A stretch of 64,000 nt of DNA, from contig NC_058368.1 in the NCBI RefSeq assembly GCF_018350175.1, positions 158,598,001 through 158,662,000 of the forward strand, given 5' to 3'. Within the stretch, counting starts at the first letter, position 1. The number at the start of each line of letters is the position of its first letter. The notes under the pieces are model-generated. The model was not told the origin of the DNA. It saw only the letters and a list, made by a program, of their open reading frames with translations, and did not search any database. This DNA comes from Felis catus. Lineage: Eukaryota. Position numbers and translations under genes: made by a program. Positions 51,537 to 64,000 of the stretch are shown here, piece after piece.

Positions 51537-53159
51537 GGAGATATTTTTAACAGAATAATTGAAAACAGTTTCCGGAGTTAGACTGCTTAGATTCAGATTC
51601 AAGCTATGGTACTTATTTGCTGAAAGACTATAGGCAAGTTAGCCCTTTCTGTGTCTCAATTTCCTCCTCTGTAAATGGTAATAATAGTAATTCCTATGTC
51701 ATCACATTGAGGATAGGCACAATTAGTTAAAATAGGTAAAATTCTGAGAACACCTGACACATGGGAATATCTCAGTCTTATATGTGCTTACATGTCCAGG
51801 TTAGGACAAGGGAACTAATGTCAAAATCTATTGTTTTTCTTTTCCAGCATTTATCCCCTACTTGCCTTCTAATAACCATTCCCTGATATTCTTGAGGATC
51901 ACCCTTTCCACCTTGCTCTCAGTCCACATAGTTTGGGTGGGATATGCCCTGTTTGGTCTTTCTGAAGTTAGGAACCATAGGCAGACTATGATTAGCAACT
52001 CATTAAAAAAAATAATAATTCCTCCTAAAAGTAATATTGCTCTCCATTCTCCTAACCTCACTTTCCTGTGGCTCACATGGGTCATTCAATGTGTCTTGAT
52101 TCTTTTCTATCCTGTTTCTTTTGTTGTCAGCTACAACTCCTCTTATTCAAATTCTGGCTTAGCATGGACCCTGGGGGTCCAGGTATAGGGATGAAGCCCT
52201 GTGAGAACTGCACTGTCCTTGGAGCTCACTCCTACTGGAGGGTGTGATGCCATTTCTCCCACAGGTTCCTATGAACTGCCAAGGGTCGTAGAACCTACTC
52301 CAAAACTCCTGGTGGGAAACAAGCCCTAGGAAGAGAAGCCCAGAAGCAGGTCCTGGTCAACAATGTGGACAGTCACCTCTGGCTCTGCTACTTCATGATC
52401 ATGAGACCCGGGCTTCCTAAACTTTGGGACGTATTTCCTCACTGGACAAATGGGGAGGCCAGGCCCTCTGGTCTCCAAGGCTCCTACCACCTAAAATGCA
52501 TGCTTCTCAGAATCAGTAGTGGTTGGTGACTGATGTGAAAGAACAGGGAAAATACCAAATCTCCCAATTTATTCTGTAGTTTTGTAGCCTCAAGAATTCA
52601 CTAATTCCATAGGGAAAAAGCCAAACCCCCTCAGTTTGCTTTCCACACCTCCCCACCTCTACCTCATCTGCCCCACGCTGACTATGTGGACACTGACTGA
52701 GGAACACTTCAAACTCGTGCTCTTGTATCTTCCAGAGGCTGGCCTCTCCTCTCCATCTCCACAAACCCAGTACGAATCCCCTGAGGTCAGGCTCCAGCCC
52801 CTGTGATTTTCCCACTGCAACCTCCCTCTTTGGACAGTTGAGACAACTATTGTAACGATCCTGTACTTGGCTACGGATCACTTCTTCCTGCCCCTCTCCC
52901 AACCTCCAGGCCTGGGAAGGCAGCTTGTATACTTCTTGAGCATCCTCCAGAGTGCCTGCTCCCAGGGTCAGCACTTGGAAGTGCTCCACATGGTTAGGGT
53001 CCAGATGAAATAACGACAAAACTTCTGAAATAGAAACGTGACCCCAGGGAGGATGGAAAAAACGTGCAGTAGCCTAACAAAACAGCAATTATACACAGCT
53101 ATTTTAATTTATAACACAGAGAGAGTTCCAATATCTCCTTTTAAATAAAGAATGGTGCT

Positions 53160-53622
53160 GGGGTGCGTGGAGGGGGGGGGGCTCAGTTAGTTGAGCATCT
53201 GTCTTAAAAAAATTTTCTTTTAATGTTTATTTAATTTTGAGAGATAGAGACAGAGTGTGAGCAAGAGAGGGGCAGAGAGAGAGGGAGACACAGAATCCGA
53301 AGAAGGTTCCAGGCTTCGCGGTCAGCACAGAGCCTGACATAGGACTCGAACTCATGAGCCGTGAGATCATGACCTGAGCCAATGTAAGACGCTTAACTGA
53401 CTGAGCCACCCAGGAGACCCTGAGCATCTGTCTCTTGGTTTTGGCTCAGGTTATTATCTCACAATTTGGTTTATGAGATTGAGTCCTGCATGTCAGGCTC
53501 TACACTGACAGCATGGAGCCTACTTGGGACTCCCTCTTTCTCTCTTTCTCTGCCCCTCCCCTGCTCTGTCTCCCTCTCTCTCTTCTTCTTCTCAAAATAA
53601 ATAAATAAACTTAAAAAAAAAA
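53160..53622. mobile_element. Nested SINECs: a minus-strand element (~53205-53420) inserted in a plus-strand element
   Basis: Inner TSD tgagcatctgtct; outer TSD aaagaatggtgct. Confidence 0.88.
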
Positions 53623-54136
53623 AGAATGGTGCTAAAGTTCTAAAATATATATGAAAGTGATTTGGGGTTTTTCCCCTTAGAGTTGAATGACAAGCAAGAA
53701 GGCTTTGGGATAGCTTCAGGCAGCAAAAGCCTTTTAAGATTTAGCTCTCTCCTGAGGTTTAGGCTACTTTATTCAATTAGGGGGGTCTGGACAGATAGGT
53801 TGATTTTATCATATGGACTTGGCTGAGAATTTATGGAACACTGAGTTCTGAATCAGTGGGCTTTCACGGAAGCTCAGGTGTTACCACTTCCAGGAAGTTT
53901 TCCCTGACCACTCCAAGGTGAGGGTGGGAGGATCACTGTTTATGAGAGGCATTCACCACACTGCCGTGTAATTATCTGCCAGTGCTCTGCCCCATAACCC
54001 TAGGTGGTAAGCATCCTAAAGGCAGAGTCGGTGACTAAGTCATCTTTATGTCTCTGTACTTGAAATACAGCTTGTTGAATGACATTCAGCTTGTTGCTGT
54101 ATTCAGTTGAATACAGTCTAGAAAATTCAACAAGTC

Positions 54137-54367
54137 TTTTTTTTTTAATTTTTAAAAAATATTTTTATTTATTTTTGAGAGACAGAGACAGAGCATGAGT
54201 GGAGGAGGGGCAGAGAGAAGGAGACACAGAATCTGAAGCAGGCTCTAGGCTCTGAGCTGTCAGCACAGAGCCCGATGCAAGGGCTTGAATTCACAAACCC
54301 ACGAACCGTGAGATCATGAAGTGAGACAAAGTCAAACACTTAACTGACTCAGCCACCCAGGCACCCC
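54137..54367 (-). mobile_element. SINEC
   Basis: Reverse SINEC flanked by aaaattcaa(c/t)aagtcttt. Confidence 0.88.
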
Positions 54368-55954
54368 AAAAATTCAATAAGTCTTTAAGGCACCTGACAA
54401 AATGCTCAAAAAACCCTCAGAAAGAAGAGAATTAAATACATGTACTTATTATTTTAAAAATCCCATTTCAACATACCCTGTATGGTATGTATAACACAGT
54501 AATATAAAAATCTATTAATATGTGAATTTCTGAGGGATAATTGCCATTAGTTCAGGCACTCTAAGATTACCATTTTTGCTTGAATGTAGAATATGTTTAT
54601 TATTCTTTGTAAAGTCAGTTTCCCATCAGAAAGCAAAGTTTTTGCAAATATTACCTGACATCTGTAAGAGTATCCCATTTTAATAGGAATTTTCTTTACA
54701 AAATCTATAATAGAGCCATTGGGGGTTTTAGAGTTTAGAGAAATTAGATTCAGATCTGGGCAATCTTAAGAAACTTTATATAGCTTTCTATCTAAATAAT
54801 AGCAATTTAAACTGTCTTTCATAGAGAGAGACCTAGTAAACACTACTTAGATAAAAGAAGCTATCTATTTTAAATAAGACCAGCTAAGTAGTAGATCAAA
54901 GGCGCCACATACATTTACAACCAAATGGCACTGCTTTTGAGATCAAAGTGCTGCTGGGCTGAGAGAACAGAAGAGCCTTTTCCCAGAAAGCATGAAAAAG
55001 GACTACGGAGACTTCACCAATATCAAGATTTTAAAGCAGACACATGTCTTTACTTATTTTATTGTTTCAGTGTACAGAATCTTTGGTTAAAATGGGGGAG
55101 AAAGTGTACCAATTAATAAGTACATAAAATAAAATAAATTCTGAATCATCAAAAGGCTTTTCTTGCTATTGTTCTTTGCATTTCTAAAAGACAAGTACTT
55201 CAAAATGTCTATAATGTTAACCAGCCGCTTTCTTCTAAAATTTAGAGCTACAAATCCAAGCCAGTAAAGGCTGCATATTTTTCTTTAGGGATATTTAAAT
55301 GGGATCTCTCAAACCATAAGGGCCTGCACTTGGGCAAGAAATGTAGTCAGAAGCAATCTGCTTGGCAAATCTACATCAGAGTGTGGATTCGGTTGTAAGA
55401 ATAGGCACCATTACAGTTACCATCAGTAGGAAATGCTGCAAGAAAATAAAATAGGGTAAGTGACAGGACACTTTATTCATGTGTCCAAATTGGTCATCAA
55501 AGACATCAGTTGGAGAGTGAATGAAGTATGATGTTATTTCAAAACAACTTCCTGCTACAATTAGACTTCCCAGGTTGTATGGTTTATTCTCAGTTTTTCA
55601 GCCAGACCCCAATCATAAATACAGATTCGTAAACCATGCCTTATCCGCTAACCATTCTTACTTGTTAATATAGAGAGACAACTTCTGTCCTTTGCACTTT
55701 GTTAAAGTGCAGAGCTGGAATATTTAATAGTTGAGATAGTCAGCTGTGGATTTCTTAGGCATGTGAAGCCACATGATTTTCAAGCAGCTAGTAGACCCCA
55801 CTCAGACATTTATCTTGATGCTCAGATGCCTTTCATTTGTTGATACATTATAAATCACAATAATCATTTCAAAGCCTCCTGGCTCGAATCTAAAATTAAA
55901 GCAAAAAATAAAAAATAAATAAAAGAGTGAGGCAGTGCTGAGGAAAACTATTGG

Positions 55955-56397
55955 AAGGCAGTGGTACCCAGCCCCAAGATAGCTCCCCATGATCTCTGCT
56001 CCTGGCATCCACACCCTTATGCAGTCCCCTCCCACACTATTCCAGGGCTGGTGTATGTAACCAATAGAATGTGACAGAAGTTATATGGTATGTCACTTTC
56101 AATATTAGGTTATAAACGGGACTGTGGTATCTGTCTTGGTAACACTTGCTTTCTCTCTTAGATAGCTTTCTCTGGGAAAAGGCCATTGCCATGTTGTAAG
56201 CAGTGCTACAGAGAAACACACATGGTAGGGAACTAATGCCTTCTGCCAACAGACATCTGAGTGATATTGGAAGCTGATCCTCCAGAACAGATCAAGCCTT
56301 CAGATGACTTCAGCTCCAACTGACAGCTTGACTCCAGTATGAGACAATGAGTGTAAGTTTTGAGGTAATTTGTTACCCAGCCATAGATCACTGATAT
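55955..56397 (+). mobile_element. MaLR (MLT1-like) LTR
   Basis: ctccccatgatc...ctcctgg start; taagttttgaggtaatttgttac end. Confidence 0.7.
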
Positions 56398-57346
56398 AAA
56401 GGCATTTCTCTTTGTTATCTTATTTTGCAGATAAGGAAACAGAGGTCATATCCCAAGGTTATATAACTTAAAAAGTGACGAAAAAAAGATTAAACCCCAG
56501 GTCTCCCTGACTTGAGAGCCAAGATTTTTAACTACTACACTATTGTGCTTGTCACAGAAATGGTCACACACCTTAGAATAGATGGAATAAATAATTTAGC
56601 TAAAATCTCATAGCACTCCTCAAATTGATATAGTTCTTTAGCCAAAGCTCCTATTTTGATACTCTTTGGGTCATTTTGACAAAAGACTTTAAGATTGTCT
56701 CCTCCCATCCCCGCATGACAAATTCAACTTCATTCAGAACAAAAAGCCAAAGAGGAAGCAGTATGCTGTGGCAAGCAACTGTGCTTAGTGAAGAGGGGAA
56801 TGTGCTGACAATTATTCTATATCTGCTTCCTTTCTACTGTCCTTTTGGTGCTTTCCTCTAACTGGACAATAGGAAGAAGAAAAATGGAGAAAGAGGCCAG
56901 CTATGATTAGATGAGAAGATGAAATGTCATTCCTTGTAGGAAATTTCTAATGCTGGCTGGAAGTTACCCCTTGATGAAGTATGGGGCCAAGAGAATTTAT
57001 AATTCTACCACATATGAGTGCTCAATGATTTTAAGAAGTGTTTGCTAACTCTTCAAGAGAAAAAGTCATTTAAATTAAATGTCCCCAACTCCATTAGATA
57101 AGAAATTACCCCAAGACCAGTTCATTCTTGCCTTATATTTTATTTTGCATGCTAGATCACCAACAAGCCACTAAGAGCCCTAGGTATACTGTGAAGATCA
57201 TTGATAAGCCTAGGCCAGGATCTGAACGAAGAGTTCAGAAACTTTAGTGTTCATAGTAAGATCACTGGGGGAAATGGTTAAACATGCACGTTCCCAGGCC
57301 CCAATCTGACCAATTTAATCAGTTTCTTTAAAAGGATTGCAGTGGA

Positions 57347-57577
57347 GGGGCACCTGGGTGGCTCAGTGGGTTAAGCGTCCGACTTCAGCTCAGGTCATGA
57401 TCTCACAGTCCGTGAGTTCAAGCCCCACGTCGGGCTCTGTGCTGACCGCTCAAAGCCTGGAGCCTGTTTCGGATTCTGTGTCTCCCTCTCTCTCTGCCCC
57501 TCCCCTGTTCATGCTGTGTCTCTCTCTGTCTCAAAAATAAATAAACATTAAAAAATTAAAAAAATAATAATAAATAA
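57347..57577 (+). mobile_element. SINEC_Fc with TSD aaaaggattgcagtgg
   Basis: Direct repeats on both sides of the element. Confidence 0.92.
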
Positions 57578-57829
57578 AAGGATTGCAGTGGGGAGGTCTG
57601 CATTTTAACTTTCTAGGTGATTCTGAGGCAGGTGAATCCAGGACTTCTCTTGGAGGCTTCTGTCCCATTAGTGTCTCATTTGTAAATATCAGGGTCAGAA
57701 CCATGATTTTGTGGGGCCTGAAGTTCACACAATTTGGTGGACCTTGTTTAAGGAAAATATGAAATTATGAATTTAAAAAGTTGGCACTGTGATTTGGAAG
57801 GAACCTAGATAGAAGCTTCACTGGCTTCA

Positions 57830-58720
57830 TGGTTGAAAAGTCTAAGTCTCTCCTCTACTATACCAAAACATTCTATACTTCTATACTCTGGTCACCAACA
57901 CAACTATTTCCCCCATGCAAACAAATTCTCTGACACCAGCTGGATGTCCTACATTTTAACATAATTCTTAAACTATCTACCTGGAGATAGCATCACATCC
58001 CATAGATTAATGGCTCTGTCCTACAAGACTGCTCCCACTTCAGACATCAATAGCAAGTCCAGGTTGTCACCTAGGTTTCTGATTAACCTGTTAAAAATGA
58101 GTAGTTCCCACTACTCCCTCCTCTTCTATCATTTGCTAGAACAACTCTCAGAATTCAGGAAAATGGTACACTTATTAGTTTACTCATTTATTATGAAGGG
58201 ATACAATTCAGGAACAGCCTGAGGAAAAGATGCATAAGGCACAAATGTGGGAAGGGGCTCAGAGTACCATGTCCTTCCCAGGTGTACCACCTTCCCCAAA
58301 CTTCCATATGTACACTAACCTAGAAGCTCTCCAAGTCCCATCACTTAGGATTTTTGTGGAGGATTCATAACATAGGCATGATTGATTAGATCTTTGACCA
58401 TCAATGATTAAGTTAATTTTTAGCCCCTCTCCTAAGAGGTCAGTTGCTTGGTCTGAAACTTTCAATCTTCCACTCATTTGGTTGGTTCCTTTGGCAACCA
58501 GCCATCATCATTAGGGGCTTTTCAGAAATCACCTCATTAACATAAACTCAGGTGTGGAAGAAAGGGTTTTTTTGTGAGTAATAAAATATACCTTTTTATT
58601 CTTACCACTTAAGAAGTTCTCAGCATTTTAGGAGTTTTGCGCTAGGGACCAGGAAGGATAAAGACATATGTGTTGAAGGATAAGAAATATGTATTTCTTA
58701 TTATAAATCACAATATCACA
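57830..58720. mobile_element. MER21-like ERV LTR relic
   Basis: gacaccagctggatgtcctaca...ctatctacctggagatagcatc...; ends cttattataaatcacaatatcaca. Confidence 0.6.
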
Positions 58721-59113
58721 ATAGGAAGTCCACCTCTGCTATCATCAAAATGTTAATTTCTCACTAGTGAAATTGCTTCTACCAAAGAATCAAGGAATGC
58801 AGTGTTCAGGTTGAAAAAAAAATTCTTTATGACAGTTCTAAAATTAAGCCCTTAGGAAGTATATAAGCACTGCTGATTTAAGTAAGTGAGGTCTCCATTT
58901 TCCTTTTCTGCTCAGCAGTTTTTATTCCTTCCATGATAATTTCCCAAACTGTGGCACTGTACAATGGCAAATTATTCAACCAAGATTAATTTGTGAGTCA
59001 GTAGGTTGTCCTGAAATAAAATAGTAACTTATCAACTTTTTAGGATGTACAGAAGTTCTTAAGTAAAATAAAATTTTGGGTGTCATGTACATGTTATTAA
59101 AATAGAAATGCCT

Positions 59114-59320
59114 GGGGTGCCTGTGTGGCTCAGTAGGTTAAGTGTCTGACTTTGGCTCAGGTCGTGATTTCACGGCTCGTGAGTTGGAGCCCCGCATCGG
59201 GCTCTTTGCTGATGCTGATAGCTCTCGGAGCCTGGAGCCTGCTTCAGATTCTGTGTCTTCCTCTCTCTCTGCACCCCCCCCCCCAACCTCTCAAAAATAA
59301 ACATTAAAAAAAAGGGAAAA
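59114..59320 (+). mobile_element. SINEC with TSD aaaatagaaatgcct
   Basis: Direct repeats on both sides of the element. Confidence 0.9.
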
Positions 59321-59659
59321 AAATAGAAATGCCTAATAAGAAACGAATTTTAATGTTAATTATTTATTAAATACTTTACAAGTATTGATAAATGTGTTAC
59401 TGTTCCTAGAAACCTGGTTAGGCTGGCACAATTTATACTCTGAACAGTTACTTTCCTGAGAGCCTTCATTTGATTAATAATTTTCCCCATGCTTAGTATT
59501 AGAAAATAGGAAGAATACATGGGTTGAATGGCTGTTTCTGGACCTCAAGATGTTACTGTACATACATCTCAACTACAGTGTTTTCCATAGGAAAGCACAT
59601 GGAAAGACATCAATATAAGTAACTTTTTTCCATCTTAAACAGACTTTTTAGGATTTTTC

Positions 59660-59661
59660 AT

Positions 59662-59696
<35 letters not shown>

Positions 59697-59874
59697 TTTT
59701 AATTCTCTTGTGGCTTCAAGTTTTTTTTTTTTTTTTTTGAGAGAGAGAGAGACAGATGGACAGACAGCATAAGCAGGAGAGAGGGCAGAGAGAGGGGGGA
59801 CAGAGGATCTGATGCAGGCTCTGCGAGGACATCAGACTTCTGTCTGCTGGGTGACTGAGCCACCCAGGCGCCCC
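59660..59874 (-). mobile_element. Internally deleted SINEC with (TTTA)n
   Basis: Reverse SINEC head and tail with a (ttta)n run. Confidence 0.8.
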
Positions 59875-61357
59875 TTTCATATTTGTATTTGAAAGACATC
59901 AAGAAAAAAAAATGGTCTGTAGGTCCAAAATGTACAAAACCAAGTTAGGCACACTTAACTCAGTCCCTACTAATGATAGCCAAGGAGTTGAAAAATAGTC
60001 TATTTAAGAAATTAGATTTTTGAATAAGAACAGTAATAGCAAATGTGACAGATGGAATCTACGTATGAATTCAGACCTGAAAATGTTGTCCCCCTTGGGG
60101 TCAAGGGCAGGTCAGTGTTACTTAGGTGGCATTCCCTGAATGGCACATTTACCCAAGGGATGTCCTGAGCTGGGACTTTGCAGGTGGCGAAACCAAATAA
60201 ACTGACTGAGAGGTGAGAATTCTTGCCCAAGTCCTTTAGGCTGTCAAGTCTGTCATTCAGGTGGTTGGAAAAATTTTGCTTTTGGGAATCAGAGTTCAAG
60301 TCTCAGCAAGCGACTTGCAGAGTTGTGTGTGTATGGCCTGCCAGCTCTGGTCAGTGTCACCAACACCTCTGTTTCATCCTGACAGCAAGGCATCAGCACA
60401 AAGAATGCCGCAAGCCAGGCCCTGCTGCTAATTGTCCCCTTTTCAGTTCTTTAAGACCTTGACTGCCCTGGTCTAAGCATGAACATTTGCATGTGTTCCA
60501 ATTTATCTAATTGTGGATATATTAGCATTTTTTTCTCCTTCCAGATGGTGATGTGAAAAAGGGCAACCGTTGAAACTCAGTCACTCAAGTTAATATTGCG
60601 TCTCTTTCTCTGTAGGTCAGGCTGGCTGCAAATATGTTGGGAGCAATTTGGAACTCTGTGTGTGCTGGGAATCGGGGTCTTTGCTAGGTATGGGGGAGGG
60701 GAGTGGTCTGGGAGTCCAATTTTCAGAGAAAACTCACCAGTTCCTGTCAACTGAAAGAAACGTTTCATGCACATGGTGGGTCAGAATGTTATTTTTATAA
60801 TATAAACCACCTGGCCTCCTCCTAGTTTACCTCTGCTGCAAATGCTATTCTACACACATACCTAGACCAAGGTCCCTGGTAACTATTACAAAACCATGTT
60901 GTGTTTTGCTCCTTGCGTTTTTTTCTTTCCCCTTTTTTCTTTTATTCCTTTGCTTTTTTCAAGTTCAGGTGAAGACAAGATGAATTGATCAGGGCTCAAA
61001 GTTTTGGTTTATTTTTATAGTTGCTTTGATGTAAAAGGACTTGGCTCTGATTGCACTGAGAGGGATGGAGGGGGGACGGGGCAAGATGGAGTCAGCTTTT
61101 CTTCCTCACTCAGCAACTCGAGAGACAGTATCTTCCTAAAGCTCATTCAACTAGGGGCTTGGAGACTCCTGTGAAGATAGTCCCAAGTCTTTATTTACTG
61201 TGGATTCTCTTCCCAAGCATTTCTTTCACTGCACTCTGTTCTATTTGGAGGCCAAGCATCTCTGTTCACTTTGCTCACTAAGAAAAGACATAGATTAAAG
61301 TCAGGGAACAGGGCTGGGGAATAAATACAATATCTCATTAAAACAACATGCACTCCT

Positions 61358-61835
61358 GGGATGCCTGGGTGGCTCAGTCGGTTAAGCATCAGACTTCGGC
61401 TCAGGTCATGATCTCGCAGTTTGTGAGTTCGAGCCCCACGTCTGGCCCTGTGCTGACAGCTCAGAGCCTGGAGCTTGCTTTGGGTTTTGTGTCTCGTCTC
61501 TCCCTGCCCCTCCTCCACATCTGCTCTGTCTTTCTGTATCAAAAATGAATAAAATGTAAAAAAAATAAATAAATAGGGGCGCCTGGGTGGCGCAGTCGGT
61601 TAAGCGTCCGACTTCAGCTCAGGTCACGATCTCGCGGTCCGTGAGTTTGAGCCCCGCGTCAGGCTCTGGGCTGATGGCTCGGAGCCTGGAGCCTGTTTCC
61701 GATTCTGTGTCTCCCTCTCTCTCTGGCCCTCCCCCGTTCATGCTCTGTCTCTCTCTGTCCCAAAAATAAATAAAAAAACAAAAACAAAAACAAAAAGTTG
61801 AAAAAAAATTAAAAAATAAATAAATAAATAAAAAA
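61358..61835 (+). mobile_element. Tandem SINECs: a young SINEC_Fc (from ~61576) inserted in the A-tail of an older SINEC
   Basis: Two consecutive heads; the second is CpG-rich and flanked by aaaaaataaataaata. Confidence 0.9.
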
Positions 61836-64000
61836 CAATATGCACTCCCAGTTTCATGGGCAAGTCATTGAAGTCTTGACATATGACTTTCAAATGGGAA
61901 GGGGCTATAACTAGCCTTCCTATCTTTGGGTCTCATTAGTTGCAACACAGGATGCTTTCCTGTGGAGATTTCTACCAGGAAATGCCTCCTTTAGAAGTTA
62001 CGTTACATTGCACGGTGTGTTGTGCATTTGGGTCAAGGTGTACAAGTCTGGAGACAGAGAAGAGAGGTCATGGATGATTTCAAATAGAAATACTTTGCAT
62101 TAAAACAGCTTTAGTGTAGGGTAAGAGTCTCAATTTTCTGGCAGGAACTAAATCTCTATTTGGGACACAGAATGTTAAGGCTAGGCCTTATTTAATAAAC
62201 AGTGAAAAAAACATTATGATTCCATTTCACCAAGTCTATGAATTAATCATATTTTCTATTAGTCCATGTCTCCTGGTAAAAACTTACTTTTATAAACTTA
62301 GTTTGTTGTGATTTAAATATACTTTTAATTCCGTGGACTTTGAGAAGAATCATTCAATGCATGAAAGTGTAAAACATGTGTTTTATATCTGATAATACAG
62401 GGGAAGTATACTTACTACCATAAGTAACTAAAACACAATAAAATCACACAGTCCTCTCCTTCTTTTAGGCCATATATATCTTGGAAAAGTAGTTTTTCTA
62501 GGTATCTTCACAGGCAAAAAAGTTTTGGTGTGAAAATTAAGAGGCATAAAAATGAAAAGCCTTTTAGAGACAGAGCTTTGCTAGGAGCTCATCTGCTCTG
62601 TGTGTTCCTCTCACATCTCTCAACTGTGCAGCCGTGTTATGCAATACCAAATATTTGTTGAAAAAAAATCAATCAATGGCTTGCCTCTGGAAATATGAAA
62701 TGTCTCAGTTCTGTGGGGTGGTTGGCAATACACAAAACAGCCTAAATACCCGAACCATGTTTAACACCTATATTTATTTTCTGTGAAGAATTTTAACAAC
62801 AGCAAAATGTTTATGTGAAAAAAGATATGATACCCAAATGGCTTAGTGTCCTGTACTTCAAATAAATCGAGCTATCACATGAGTGTTTTAGCCAGGGGAC
62901 ACATTTTTTATTCAATCCCAACTTACGCACATAAATAATCGCATGGTCTAGTACTACACTCAAAGGAATTTTTGGTTTTTATTCCAAATAAGAATGAAGT
63001 TTCATTAATCCAAATCACTCTAGCAGGCTACCTGGAAGGCCACGTCACTGGCCGGAAAACAAAATTTGAATCAAACCTTTTAATCAAAATAGAAAATAAG
63101 ATAAAATACTCAAATAAGTTCTCCTTTTGCATTTGAAAACAGAAACAGCTGCTGAAGCAGTGAGTGGCTTTCCTTCTGAGTTCATCAAAAGGGGAGCCAG
63201 ACGTTGATCTGATGGCCTCTGTGTTGCTCTTATTGTAAAAAAATGGAAATTACTGCAAGTTTTCATGGTCATGATATGTGGCTAGGGAAGGATTAACTGC
63301 CTAGACGAAAATGGCATAAAGAAAATATGTCCAAAATGCATGAATTCCTACCTAATGCCTGTAATATTAGAGGATGGTTTCTGTTATAAAAGACACAATA
63401 AGAACTAATGTGTTTCAATATAACTTTCTAAAAGAAAAATAATTTAATATCAATAGGTCATTTATTCATTGTTTTGAAATTCAAAAATGAATCATATTTT
63501 CACTTCTCTTTTTCTAATACATAGTAATTTAGGAAGGCATAGTTTAAACAAGATTATGGCTGCTGTCTTTCCCTCCGGCTCTTTGTTTTTTTGTGGCTTG
63601 TGGTGTCAAGACTAACTGAAAGTTCTTTAATTAGTCTTTTTGGACACAAGCCTCCCATTTACTTCAGTGGGAGGTTTCTTTGCATAAAACCAGTGGTTTG
63701 TGTCCATCAGAGCCTTTTGACTGCTTTCCTTTGATTAATCAGAAAACTAAAGCTAAGTCTGAATACCATTTTTCTAAAGAATGAATGGGCATAATCTCTT
63801 ACAGCTTTCATGAAACCAGAAGGATTAATCCTTCAATCCAGTCCCATACTCCACTTCAAGTATTTTCAATTACTTGGCACCATTGGAGGTGACGTCCATG
63901 GCTCAGTAAGAAGGCTACTGCTGGCATAATGGTTTCTCCATGTCTCAGCACATGGTCTTGGCATTAATAATCCATCATGAAATGATTTGCAGTGCACAAG

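Noticed and set aside
52513..53019. 168-aa minus-strand ORF in a LIX1 intron (likewise 5079-5597, 10278-10844, 39056-39523, 45960-46388)
   Set aside because: No recognisable domain or coherent exon structure; several overlap repeats.
60223..60462. Plus-strand FWESEFKSQQ resembling the LIX1 N-terminal EFWESKQQQ
   Set aside because: Wrong strand for LIX1 and no further match; the LIX1 5' exons are not in this window.

Overview
Eukaryotic, felid-type genomic DNA (dense carnivore tRNA-derived SINEs of the SINEC_Fc type, L1, LTR and DNA-transposon relics). Two convergent spliced genes are supported. (1) Minus strand: the last four coding exons of LIX1 (50914-50774, 48472-48377, 40097-40020, 38114-37827); its 5' exons lie beyond the right edge. 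(2) Plus strand: an intact, highly divergent 2'-5'-oligoadenylate-synthetase (OAS)-family gene that I assembled by hand from seven phase-compatible GT-AG coding exons (8015-8168, 12055-12278, 14660-14820, 19240-19364, 25377-25563, 28747-28956, 29449-29605; 1218 nt, 405 aa). It sits outside the canonical OAS1/2/3 cluster. It has a consensus C2H2 zinc finger in its first coding exon, an altered catalytic triad (E/D/E instead of D/D/D), loss of the conserved ATP-binding Lys, intron positions that differ from the canonical OAS unit, and neither a ubiquitin-like nor a CaaX tail. This zinc-finger-OAS gene is the main candidate for a poorly described system. All calls come from manual reading with no database searches; repeat family names and boundaries are approximate.
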